Shown one piece after another: positions 1 through 10,200 of a DNA stretch of 64,000 bases. This DNA is from Camelus ferus (taxonomy: Eukaryota), in NCBI RefSeq assembly GCF_009834535.1, contig NC_045697.1, forward strand, positions 2,110,001 to 2,174,000, in the 5' to 3' direction. The notes under the pieces are model-generated. The model was not told the DNA's origin. It worked only from the letters and a program-made list of their open reading frames with translations, and ran no database searches. The position numbers and the translations under genes are program-made. Position 1 is the first letter of the stretch. The number at the start of each line of letters is the position of its first letter.

Positions 1-733
1 TCCCGATGACAAGAGCTCTGTGCTGACCTGCTTTTTGCAGCAGTAAAACTGTCTCTGACTTTCCCACTGGGGAGAGTGTGCGGGTTCCCAGAGGTCTGGC
101 TGTCGTGAAGTGAGATGGCTGAGGCCTTGGACTCAGACAGTGTGGCCTGGCCCCTATGCGCGACCTCGGTGCCCCTAAGACCCCAAGACAGGAACTGCCC
201 TGCACCCACCAGAGCGTCAGTAATGGCAGACCTCAGAATGTGCTGTGGCCCCTGACCCGCACAGCACACACCCAGGGGCCGGGGGTGGGGGGGGGTCCCC
301 TTTTTTTAATATATATATTTTATAGCTTCCTTCTCGAGTAGACTTTTAAAGTGTCAGTTGTTGATTTGTGAGTCTTAAAAACTAATTTGCATTTGTCAGC
401 TCTTACAAGCATGAGTTAGTAGACAGGCTATCTTTCCTTAAAATGTCAATCAGCGCTCACTCTTCCGTTCACGGGTCGTTCCGCAAATGCACAGCCATCC
501 TCCCCCAGCGCTGGGGGCGTGATGGCCGTGCCAGGAGGTTGTGAGCTCCGGGCAGGCACGGTGGGCTGGGTGGGAAGCCTGCCGCCTCCACCAGCCGCCC
601 CCCAGCCGCTCCCGCGTCCTTCCTGCGCTAGCTGCAAGAGAGGCAGACCGCCTGCATCATGGTGCTTGCTGCACACTGGAGTCCAGATACCTTTTGTTTG
701 AGAAATCAAAGCTCCAGCATCCTTGATGGGGTT

Positions 734-784
734 CAGCCGCTTACAATGCATCCTATTAGTGACAGGGGGCCGGGGTGGGGAGAC
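734..784 (+). repeat. 51-bp perfect inverted repeat, left arm
   Basis: Exact reverse complement of 3099-3149. Confidence 0.97.
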
Positions 785-1029
785 TTATGTGTCTTATGCA
801 GCTGGGGCCAGTCTTCCTCTTTGCACCTCCCCACTGCCCCTGCAGCCCTCACAGTCCAGGCCACCAGCACCTGCAGCTGGACCTCCGCCTGGCAGAGCTC
901 AGGACCTCCCTTCACATGCAGCCAGAGGGGCCCGAGAAGGACAAAGGTGCCTTCTGGACATTCCCTTGTTAATCGCTGTCCTCCAGGGTAAAATCTCCAC
1001 TGCTTGGCACCCACCACCTGGCCCTGGTG

Positions 1030-1200
1030 GCCCTGCTCCTCAGCACTCTGGCCCTACAGCCCAGCCACACAGGTGTGAGCTGGCTTTCTTCTGCCACAGG
1101 GCCTTTGCACGTACTCAACCTGTCCTGGAACACTTTTCCCACTTTCTGAGGTCGGTTAACTTCTATTCTTCCCTCAGCTCTCAGACCATCATTCCCTCAA
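1030..1200 (+). mobile_element. Degenerate L2 LINE fragment
   Basis: cagggcctttgcac...ctggaacactttt resembles the L2 3' region. Confidence 0.55.
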
Positions 1201-1439
1201 GGGAAAAAAGCTGAAGGAAAAATGTTCTGTGCTTACACTTTACAGGATGTCTTTAAAATAGACAATTTTGTGAAGATCACCCCGTTTATCGGCATGAAGT
1301 AGAGCAGGAGAGCTCACACCTCTGCTCAGACCCCACCGCTCCTGACGCTGGTGCTTAGTGTACATTCAGTTTAGCTTGGGGTGGGTCTCTCCAGGGCGGC
1401 GCCGTCTTGAGCCCCACTTGGCGACTATCCACACTCTTC

Positions 1440-2900
1440 TTCCACTGTCTTTGGTTTTATGGCCTTTTTCTTACTGCTCTGGAGCTGCTCTTAACTAGAA
1501 GGAAAGTCAGTCCTTCATCTGTGTGACGTTACATGGATTTTCTGTTTCTTGTCTTTTGATTTAACTTATAGTGTTTTTTGACATACAGAGATTTTATTTT
1601 GTTTGTTGAGGTGTAGTTGACATACATTATATTAGTTTGAGGCATGCCAACATAACGATTCAAAACGTGTATATATTGCAAAATGGCCACCACAGTAAGA
1701 CCAGTTAACATCCCTCACTGCAGTCAGTTTTTTTCTTGTGGTGAGAACTTTTAAAGTCCACTCTGTCAGCAGCTTTCAGACGTGCACCACAGCGTCATTA
1801 ACGTGGTCACCGTGCTGTGCCACCTGAGGACTTCCCCGGACTCACTGCGCTCGTAACTGGAGGCCCGAACACCGGCCCCTCTGCCCCCGGACTCCCACCC
1901 GCCCGCTGCGCCCACGCTCGCAGTCCTGCCTCGCGGCTCCGGGCGTGGTGTGCCTGCTGCTCGCCCCACTCAGGCACGGCAGAAAGTGAGCCCGTGTTTT
2001 CCTGTTGCGTTTTGCTAATTTCATGTTTCACATTTATATCTTTGGTCCACGTGGGATTTAATTCCGTGTGTATTGGGAGGGACCTGACTTGGCTGTTTTT
2101 CAGATGGTCGTCCAGTTGTCCCAGTAGCGTGTCCGTTTCTGCACCGGCGCCGCTGCCCCACCGTGTTCAGGACTCGGGTCGGTGACGTGCTGTGACGTTG
2201 GGCAGGGCTGGCCCGGCCTCGTTGCTCTGTTGTGTGTAGTTTCCCGGCGTTTCATGTGTAGCTTTCCACGTGAGCTCAGTTTAGACTCAGCTTGTCCAGT
2301 TCGAGTGAAGCGTCTGTTGGGAAGTGTATCGGACCATGTGTGACTTCAGGGAGGATGAATGTCTGTGGTGTGGAGCCCCTGGTGCCTCAGGGGCCGGACA
2401 CAAACCAGACGAGAGGGAGACCCCTTCCCGGACCAGAGCCCCAGGGGGAGAGGGAAGGAGAGTGTGTGTGTGTGGGGGCTTTCCTCGTGGGAAGTTTTGT
2501 GTGGAGTCTAAGCAAGGCGTTTCCAGATGGTTCTGTGTACGTGGTGGCCGGGTGGCTGGGCCCATAGCCTCACCTGGACCCTCGTCCTCGACTCACTGAG
2601 CGGGGGCTGTGGTTCAGGCTTAGCGACCGCGTGTGTGTCGCGCGGTGGACTCGGGGCTGGTGCCTCCCTTCTGACCCGGAGGCAGGTTCTGTCACGAGTG
2701 TTTCTCTCACAGATCACATACGGCGGGTGGGGTCTAGTGAGCCTCAAAGCAAAATTCATACTGTCCTTCTCTGATCTTATGCAGCTTCTTCTTAATCTTG
2801 TTCTAACTTTTTTTCACGGCAGTTGGAGTGACGTGGTCACTCTCTGACCTTCTCTTTCTTTTCTCTTCTCATCCACGCGCTTTCTGAGCTTTGAGTGATT
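1440..2900 (-). mobile_element. Patchy old L1M relics with a nested L1 3' end (about 1590-1960, L1MA9-like, laurasiatherian type)
   Basis: ttgaggtgtagttgacatacattatattagttt...ttcttgtggtgagaacttttaaa is typical of an antisense L1 3' UTR. Confidence 0.7.
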
Positions 2901-3098
2901 CCTGCAGCAGTGGCTTCTGCTGAGACACTTGCTCGGGTTCCCAGTTGAGCTGTCTGGTCCCCTGAAGGCCCATTTCCTGGGGGCCGTGGCTGCAGGCCAG
3001 CCTCTGCCCGCCATCCTGCACTGTAGACAGGCTTGATCGCCACCTTTGCGTCGCCTCTATCCCCACGGGGCTTTGTGCTGTGTCACTGACCTGTCCTG

Positions 3099-3149
3099 GT
3101 CTCCCCACCCCGGCCCCCTGTCACTAATAGGATGCATTGTAAGCGGCTG
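3099..3149 (-). repeat. 51-bp perfect inverted repeat, right arm
   Basis: Exact reverse complement of 734-784. Confidence 0.97.
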
Positions 3150-4098
3150 GCCAAGAGCTGGAGCTGGTTAACTAGTCCACCCGACTCTTCCCCTCGAGCC
3201 CGGGTGAGAGAGCAGAACGGGGCTTGTGAGTCTGGTAATTCCACCGGGCAGCCGCGCTCAGCAAGCAGAGCCCGTGCCCCGCCCCAGCGCAGGTTTGGCC
3301 GTCCCTGTCCCATGTCCCCTGGGCTCTCACAGAAGGGGCCTGTCCTCGGCAGAATGTGCGGCCCCTGGTTCCGGCCCCAGGCTTCCATGGCCAGGCCTGC
3401 CCGCCCTGCTGTGAGGGGGCCTGCTCATGGGAGGGCGACAGGGGTCCCAAGTACCCCCGTCTCTGTGTGAAGGGAGACGGATCTTTCCAGAGCTTGTTTA
3501 CAAGACAGCGGAACCGAAGGCTCCTTAGTGCTGTTTGCGGCCGGCTCGGGAGCACACCCCGGGAGCGTGCGTTTTCCACGAGGGGCGGCCGCCCTCTAGT
3601 CGTCACGCTGGCTCGCAGTTGCACTCACGCTGGCCCGGGCGTGAGACCGGCCGCGTGCAGGGAAGTACAGGGATGTGAGTGCGAGATTCCCATCCTGACG
3701 GGGCAGCTTCCCCAGGCCCTGGGAACCCCACCGGTGCCCCTGTCCCTCTGCTTGCCCTGTGGATCACCTGGCCCTGACTCCCAGCGCCCCCTGACCTCAG
3801 GTGGGCTCACCTGGTGCTCCCGGTTGTGCCTGCGGCCCAGCCAGCCGCGATCTGTGCCGAGCATCCTTGTCGGGGGCTGTCAGCATCCGTGCTGGACTCT
3901 GCGCGGCTGCAGGACCGGGTCTGGTCTTGTTCCATGCTCTGCCCTGTACCTGGGACGACGGGGCCACGGTGTGGGCGTGCACTGTTCTTGGGCCGATCGC
4001 AAGTTCTAGAGAAGACAGCTTGGTGAGGCCCGGCCAGCCCCGCGGGCGGGTGTGGAGGACACACCCGCAGGTGAGTGAGGTCTGTGCTGGCCCCGCAG

Positions 4099-4268
4099 AG
4101 CTGAGCGGCGCCGACCTGAAGGACTGTGTGAGCAACCACAGCCTGAGCAGCAATGCCAGCCTCCCCAGCGTGCAGAGCTGCCGGCGCCTGCGCGAGCGGA
4201 GGGTTGCCAGCTGGGCCGTGTCCTTCGAGCGTCTTCTGCAGGACCCACTGGGCGTGCGATACTTCTCC
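4099..4268 (+). CDS. RGS12: RGS12 exon (ELSGADLKD...VRYFS), start of RGS domain
   Basis: ccccgcag|AG acceptor; TCC|gtgagt donor. Confidence 0.95.
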
Positions 4269-7200
4269 GTGAGTATGATGGGTGATGGCCCTTCCTCGGG
4301 CAGGACCCGGGCCCGCTCTGGTTCAGACCCCGGGTCGGGGCAGGGCCTGTGTCTCCTCCCGCCCTGCACCTGCCCTAGGCACTTGAGGCCAAGGGGGCGG
4401 GGCTTCTTGTAAATGCTGGGAAGGGCTACCTGTCAGCAAGGGCAGCTGTTAGGAAGGGGTGCTCGGCTCCTGAGGAAGCGGCTGTGTACGCCAAAGTGGT
4501 CCTCAGCGTGGGCAGCTTTTCAATTCGTCTTTCGGGGGAATTCTGGAGACGCGCTTGTGACCTCTGGTTTCGGTGAAAGGCGGTAATGAGAAAAAAGTGG
4601 GAATGAAGGAATCGGCAGAGGTCGAGAGGAGGGAGGGCCCTCAGCCATTACCAGTTCGCCCTTTTCTGAGGGCTGTGTGAAGGCTGATTGACGGTGTTTT
4701 TCTTAGGATTTTCTAAGGAAAGAGTTCAGTGAAGAAAACATTTTATTCTGGCAGGCCTGCGAGTATTTTAGTCATGTTCCTGCCCACGACAGAAAAGAGG
4801 TATGTTTCTTCAGGCGGGGAGCGGGGGTGGCCGAGGGCAGGGTGACTCCATCACAGCTTCACACCCAGCGCACTTTGAAAAGTCCACGTAAAAGTATCTT
4901 CACACCATGAAAAAGTTTCTTTTTCAGACTAAGTTTCTTAATATATATGGTATTTAATTTTGCCTGAACAGAACTTGCAGAAATGCCTTCGGCCGTAGAG
5001 CCTTCATCAGCAGACGTGCTGCTGCTCAGCGTGCTGAGGGGGTGCAGGAGCAGATTCTGGGTGGAAGAGCGCCCTGAGAATACCCGTCCGCCCCGCTTGC
5101 CCTCGCGGCCCCGGGTGACGGCGAGCCCTGGCTGGAGGCCGTGCGGCCTGTGGTCCCCTCAGAGGAGGCGTCTTGTCTCCTCGCCACACTCAGTGCCGCC
5201 CCGACCTCGCCCCCCCACCCCACCCCACCGCACCACCCCTGCTGCCCCCTGCTGCAGCACGGCCGGGCCTTTGGGACGTTCAGATTGCCCTTTGAGAAAA
5301 TTGGGAGGGGAGCTGATTTATTGAAGAGTTTCATACTGGCTGGAACTTTTATCTGTAACTCCAGCAGGAAGTATCTATTGGGCCCCAAGAGAATGTACCT
5401 CCAGTGCCTGGAGCTGTGCCGGGCATTTGGAGTACAGCCGTGAAACAGGCAGAACACACGTGCTGTTTGTGGTCTGTGTGTCCGCTCATACACGTGTCCC
5501 GGCAGCTCTCCTACAGGGCCCGTGAGATCTTCAGTAAGTTTCTGAGCAGCAAAGCGACCACTCCGGTCAACATCGACAGCCAGGCCCAGCTGGCGGACGA
5601 CATCCTCCGTGCCCCCCACCCCGACATGTTCAAGGAGCAGCAGCTTCAGGTGACTCCCGGGGCGGGGAGGGGACTCGGGTCCCAGAGAGAAGCCCCCCCG
5701 CGGGCGCCAGGCTGACAGGAGAGTGGGCTTCCGTCCCAGAGCCAGGGTTCAGTCAGGCCGTGAAGCAGGAGGTCCCTGTCTGGTGACACTTCTCCACGTG
5801 CCTGTGTGTGAGGCCGCAGGTTTGTGGGCAGTGGCGTCTGTAGAGGAAGACAGATGGTTGGATTTTTTTTTCAGCTTTAGGACATCTCTGTGATAAAAAG
5901 CGTGCATGGGCCCTAATGATTTTTACCAGAGGTTACTTCTGTTGCCGAGTCATATGAGTACTGTTAATAATTAAGACAAAACAAAACAAAACAAAACAAA
6001 ACAAAACAGTATTTTCAGGGCAGTTCTCACTTCCTTTAGGTTTCCAGTTGCTTTTGGTTTCATTTTGATTTAAGGAAGTTAAGATGCCCCAGTATGGCCA
6101 CTAGTTGTGCTGAGCCCACCCGCGATGCTGGCTTTGACAGGCTGTTGGAATTGGCTGATTGTAAGCGTGATAAATCAGGGCTGGTGTATTATGGGAAAGA
6201 AACCAGACATAAAGGACCCCGGAAAATAACTCTGGGGAGAGAGTGGGCTTTCAGAATGGGCCCGGCTGGCGTGTGCGGGCCCCGTGCGACTCTGCACCAC
6301 GGGCTGGGTGTCTGGCCCCGTCTGGGACTGGACCCTGGACCGCAGCTGCGTTTTTCCCGCAGATCTTCAACCTGATGAAGTTCGACAGCTACACGCGCTT
6401 CCTGAAGTCCCAGCTGTACCAAGAGTGCATCCTGGCCGAGGTGGAGGGCCGCTCGCTGCCCGACGCACAGCAGGTCCCCAGCAGCCCTGCCTCCAAGCAC
6501 AGCGTCAGCTCGGACCATTCAAACGTGTCCACGCCAAAGAAGGTGCCCCGCTCCGTCGCGCTGGTCTCACCCGATGAGGGCTGTTCTGGGAAAGGGACAG
6601 CAGATGCCATGCTGGTTTATCCCTTAACTCACGGGGAGTGACGGACCTCTTGGGCTTGGACCTTCAGATGCATCTTGTCTGAGGCTCCAGTCTGGGTGGG
6701 AGGCTGCAGCTGCTGTCTTGGGGGGGCCGTTGGGGCTGCATCTCTGGCCTCGAAGGCCTGACCCCTCCCGTGGAGAACGGGCCTAGGCAGCCCCCTCCGG
6801 CCTCCTTTCTCATCCAGGGTGGTGGTAAATTAACCGTGTTTTCCGTTTGATGGCAGCTGAGTGGAAAATCAAAATCAGGACGCTCCCTGAATGAGGAGCT
6901 GGGGGACGAGGACAGTGAGAAGAAGCGGAAAGGCGCGTTTTTCTCTTGGTCCAGGACCAGGAGCACTGGGCGCTCCCAGAAGAAGAAGGACCACAGCGAC
7001 CGTCCAAACGGTTGGTGGTTTGTGGTGTGCAGGCGGGGTCGGGGTGAGGCTGTCGCGGGGACGAGTGAGGGGGTGTGGGCCGCGCCCCCAGGGCGGCTCG
7101 TGCCTCTTCGGTGGCCTGTGGGGCAGGACGGCCGGGAAGCAGGGCGTGGTGCGTCCCAGCCCTAGGCCTGGGCGCCCGGGGGCCCCCAGTGGCGGCCGCT

Positions 7201-10200
7201 CTCCCCCACTCCTGCTCCAGCAGTAATAGGCGCTCTGGGCAGAAAATCTGGGAAACACAACCAGGTAAAAAGAAGAAAATGCGGAGTCCTGCCCTCTGTC
7301 CACCCAGACAGCTTCTTGCCTGCCGAAGTCTTTGGGGTTTTTTCTTGTTTTTCTGCCGCGTGCAGGGGTGCACGAGCCTTTTTAAGTCTGTAAAGACAAT
7401 GTGATATGGTAGTTTGAGCGTCGAGCGTCCCCAAATCACACTCTTTCCTGCGAGCCTGGAGGTGGCCGTGCTGGAGGTCTCCTCCCTTGGTGTCCTTCGT
7501 GTGTGTGGCCGAGAAGGCGGTGCGAGGCGCGGGCTCAGCCCCAGCCCGGGGAGGGGCCTCGGGGGCCCTTTGCTGGTTGCAGACGCTGGCTGGGCTGGCG
7601 CAGGGAAGGGGTGGGCAGAGAGAGGTGGCGGCACTCACTGCAGGCGCGGGAAGCCTAAATGGGGGGCAGCAGCTGGAAAGAGCTTCTTCCCTAGAGATTC
7701 AAGAGGGTGATTATTTCCCAAGGAGTAACCTGCAGCCTCCAGGCCTGGGCCGCCAGGTTTAAACCGGGCGGTTTATCGAAGGGTCTCGGACAGGAGGCCT
7801 GAGGAGGAGGTGGGAGGTGGCGGTTTGTAGAGTTTATACCTCCTCTCCCCCTGGGAGCAGACTGCACGGTAGGGCTCGTGCCCATCTTACAGAAGTCGGC
7901 TCAAGGCTGGGGGCTTGGTGCTGGTGCCCTCCCGCTCCGGGGTCATGCTGTGGGCTGTCAGTGCAGGTGTTCTTCCACAGGGAAGGCAGGCAGGACTGGG
8001 GGACGGGAGCGGGGCATAGGGACCAGGGACCCCCCCGAGGACCAGGAGACAGGGGAGCAACTGCCTCTTTATGTCTGTGCCCCTGAGCAGGGCCCCAGGA
8101 GGCTGGGGTCCCCATACCTAGCAGATCTTTAGAGACTGTCTGGAAAGGGCTTTAAATCCTGACTCCAGGGCACTCCCCAGGAGTTCTGACCTGGTCGCCT
8201 GGCCATCTGTTGCTTTTGAAAGATGGGCTGGTAGTTTGGAGGGTCAGTGGGACCTGGGAGCTGCCGTCTAATCAGGCCCCCCCGCGTAGCCCCCAGGCCC
8301 CCTGCACAGCAGCGTGACTGGCGGGTGGGCCCTGCTGGAGCAGAGTTGTCGTGATGTTGGGATTGCAATGGGAACACTTGGTGACAAGGGACGCAGTGAC
8401 TGTGGGCTCACTTTGCACTCGTGGGAGATGGGAAATGAGCTGCAGATAGCGGTGCTGTGGCCGCTGTCCTGTTTACTGCCCTCCTCTTGGGCCCAGAAGC
8501 CATGTGCTGAGATAACAATTCCAGATGAAGTGAAGTGCAGGGCGGCCCTGCACCAGAGCACCCACTCGTGTTTTGAGCTGCTGCGGCTGTGGGCCGAGCG
8601 GACAGCAGGTTTGGGCGGCGCTCCCAGCCCCCTGACTCCAGCTGTGGGCCAAGTGGTGGGTCTGGGAGGTGAGGCCGTGCAGGGGCCTTTCCAAGCCTGG
8701 CTTCTGTCCTCTGTGTAAGTGTGCTCAGCCTGATGGGGTGGGGGTTGGGAGCCGTGACCACATGCATGGGTTTTTGTGTTAAGTGAGCACAGGTGAAGTG
8801 GGTGCTGTTCGCCCTTCTGAGCGACCGTTTTCCCTTCTAGACCCCCTGCACGCCAATGGAGGCCTGGGCCGCAGGGAGTCACAGGGCTCCGTGTCCTCTG
8901 CCGGGAGCCTGGACCTGGTGAGTCCCTGAGGCCACAGCTGATTCACTGGGCCCGCCAGCCTCTGGGCACGAGAGCCGTGTCCCTCACGAATGTGGGGTCT
9001 GGGGCTCCACCCAGGCTCTTCCCTACTGGGGTTCATGGGATCCGAGAGGAGCCGTTTGATAGATGGGAAGGGGTGCCCCCTGAGTCCTAAAAATACTTCT
9101 GGGGCTATTTTTGAGATCTTTTGTTCTCATTCAGTCGCTGTCTCTTTGGACGCCCACCAGGAGCCAGCAGGTGCTCCATCTTTGTCTCAGCATTTGAACA
9201 CCCATCAGCTCGACGCCCCAGGGTCTGCTTCTGCGAGTCCTCCCCCAGCCTGGCCCCTGCCTGTGGGGGAGCCCAGATCCTGGCCTGCCCTGTGCCCTCT
9301 CCTCGCACCCTTCTAAACTGCTCGTCTGGTCCCAATTTCTAACTAGGTGGAGGAAGTGGGGAGACGTTGGGCTGACCGGCTAGCTGGTTAGCTGTTGTCT
9401 GATACCAATTTTGGAAAACCTTACTGCCGCCAGCATCCTGGTCACTGGAAATTGCCAAGCAGTAATTAATGTGGAATATTATTTCCCCAAATAACAGTTA
9501 AGGCTGGACGAGCTTACCATGTGTCAGTTAGCTACTGCTGCCTAACAAACTACCCCAAAGCTCAGCGGCTAAAAACAAAGAACATTTATGACTGTACTTG
9601 CGTCTGTGGAAAGAGGAGATTTGGGGCCATTTTGCAGTGAATCTACCACCACAGACTAGTTTTCCAAAGTACCATTTGGGTGAAAGATTTTCAGACCATA
9701 GGAAGTGACAGCCAGGGCAAGCTGTATGTCAGCAGGATGTGGCAGGGAGCTATTTCTAGCGGGGAAAGGATGCTGTAACTCGAGACCCAGAGGAGGCATC
9801 GGGAGAGACCCAAAGGTTTGCATAGGGAGTGCGGCCACGGGCTGGCCCCGCGGTCCAGCTCCTGCCCACCTGGAGCCCTGCCTGGGGTGAGGCTGGGGAG
9901 GTGCCTTAGGAGCTGTCCTCCAGCCCCTGACTCAGTCCACCAGCAATGCAGACAGTCAGGTCGCAGGTGCTGCTGTCTGGCAAGGCTTGGTCCCTGGTGC
10001 TCCCGAACAGCTGCCTCTCCCGCCTCATCTGCTCCCCATCCTGCAGGTGTGTTCCTGCCTCTGAGCCTCTGAGGGCCGCATCTCCCCTCTCCCAGCCCCT
10101 CCCTCAGGCTGACCATCCTTCTTGGGAAGGCCTCCGGTCCCAAGAGGTCAGACAGAAGGATCCAGAAAGATGACCAGAAGCAGCAGAGGGTGGGCCTCAG

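Noticed and set aside
734..3149. DNA transposon bounded by 51-bp terminal inverted repeats
   Set aside because: No target-site duplication (atggggtt versus gccaagag), no transposase, and the interior is old L1/L2
1..4098. Further upstream RGS12 coding exons (PDZ/PTB exons, SATVSDG micro-exon)
   Set aside because: No matching translation with splice sites found; they lie upstream of the window
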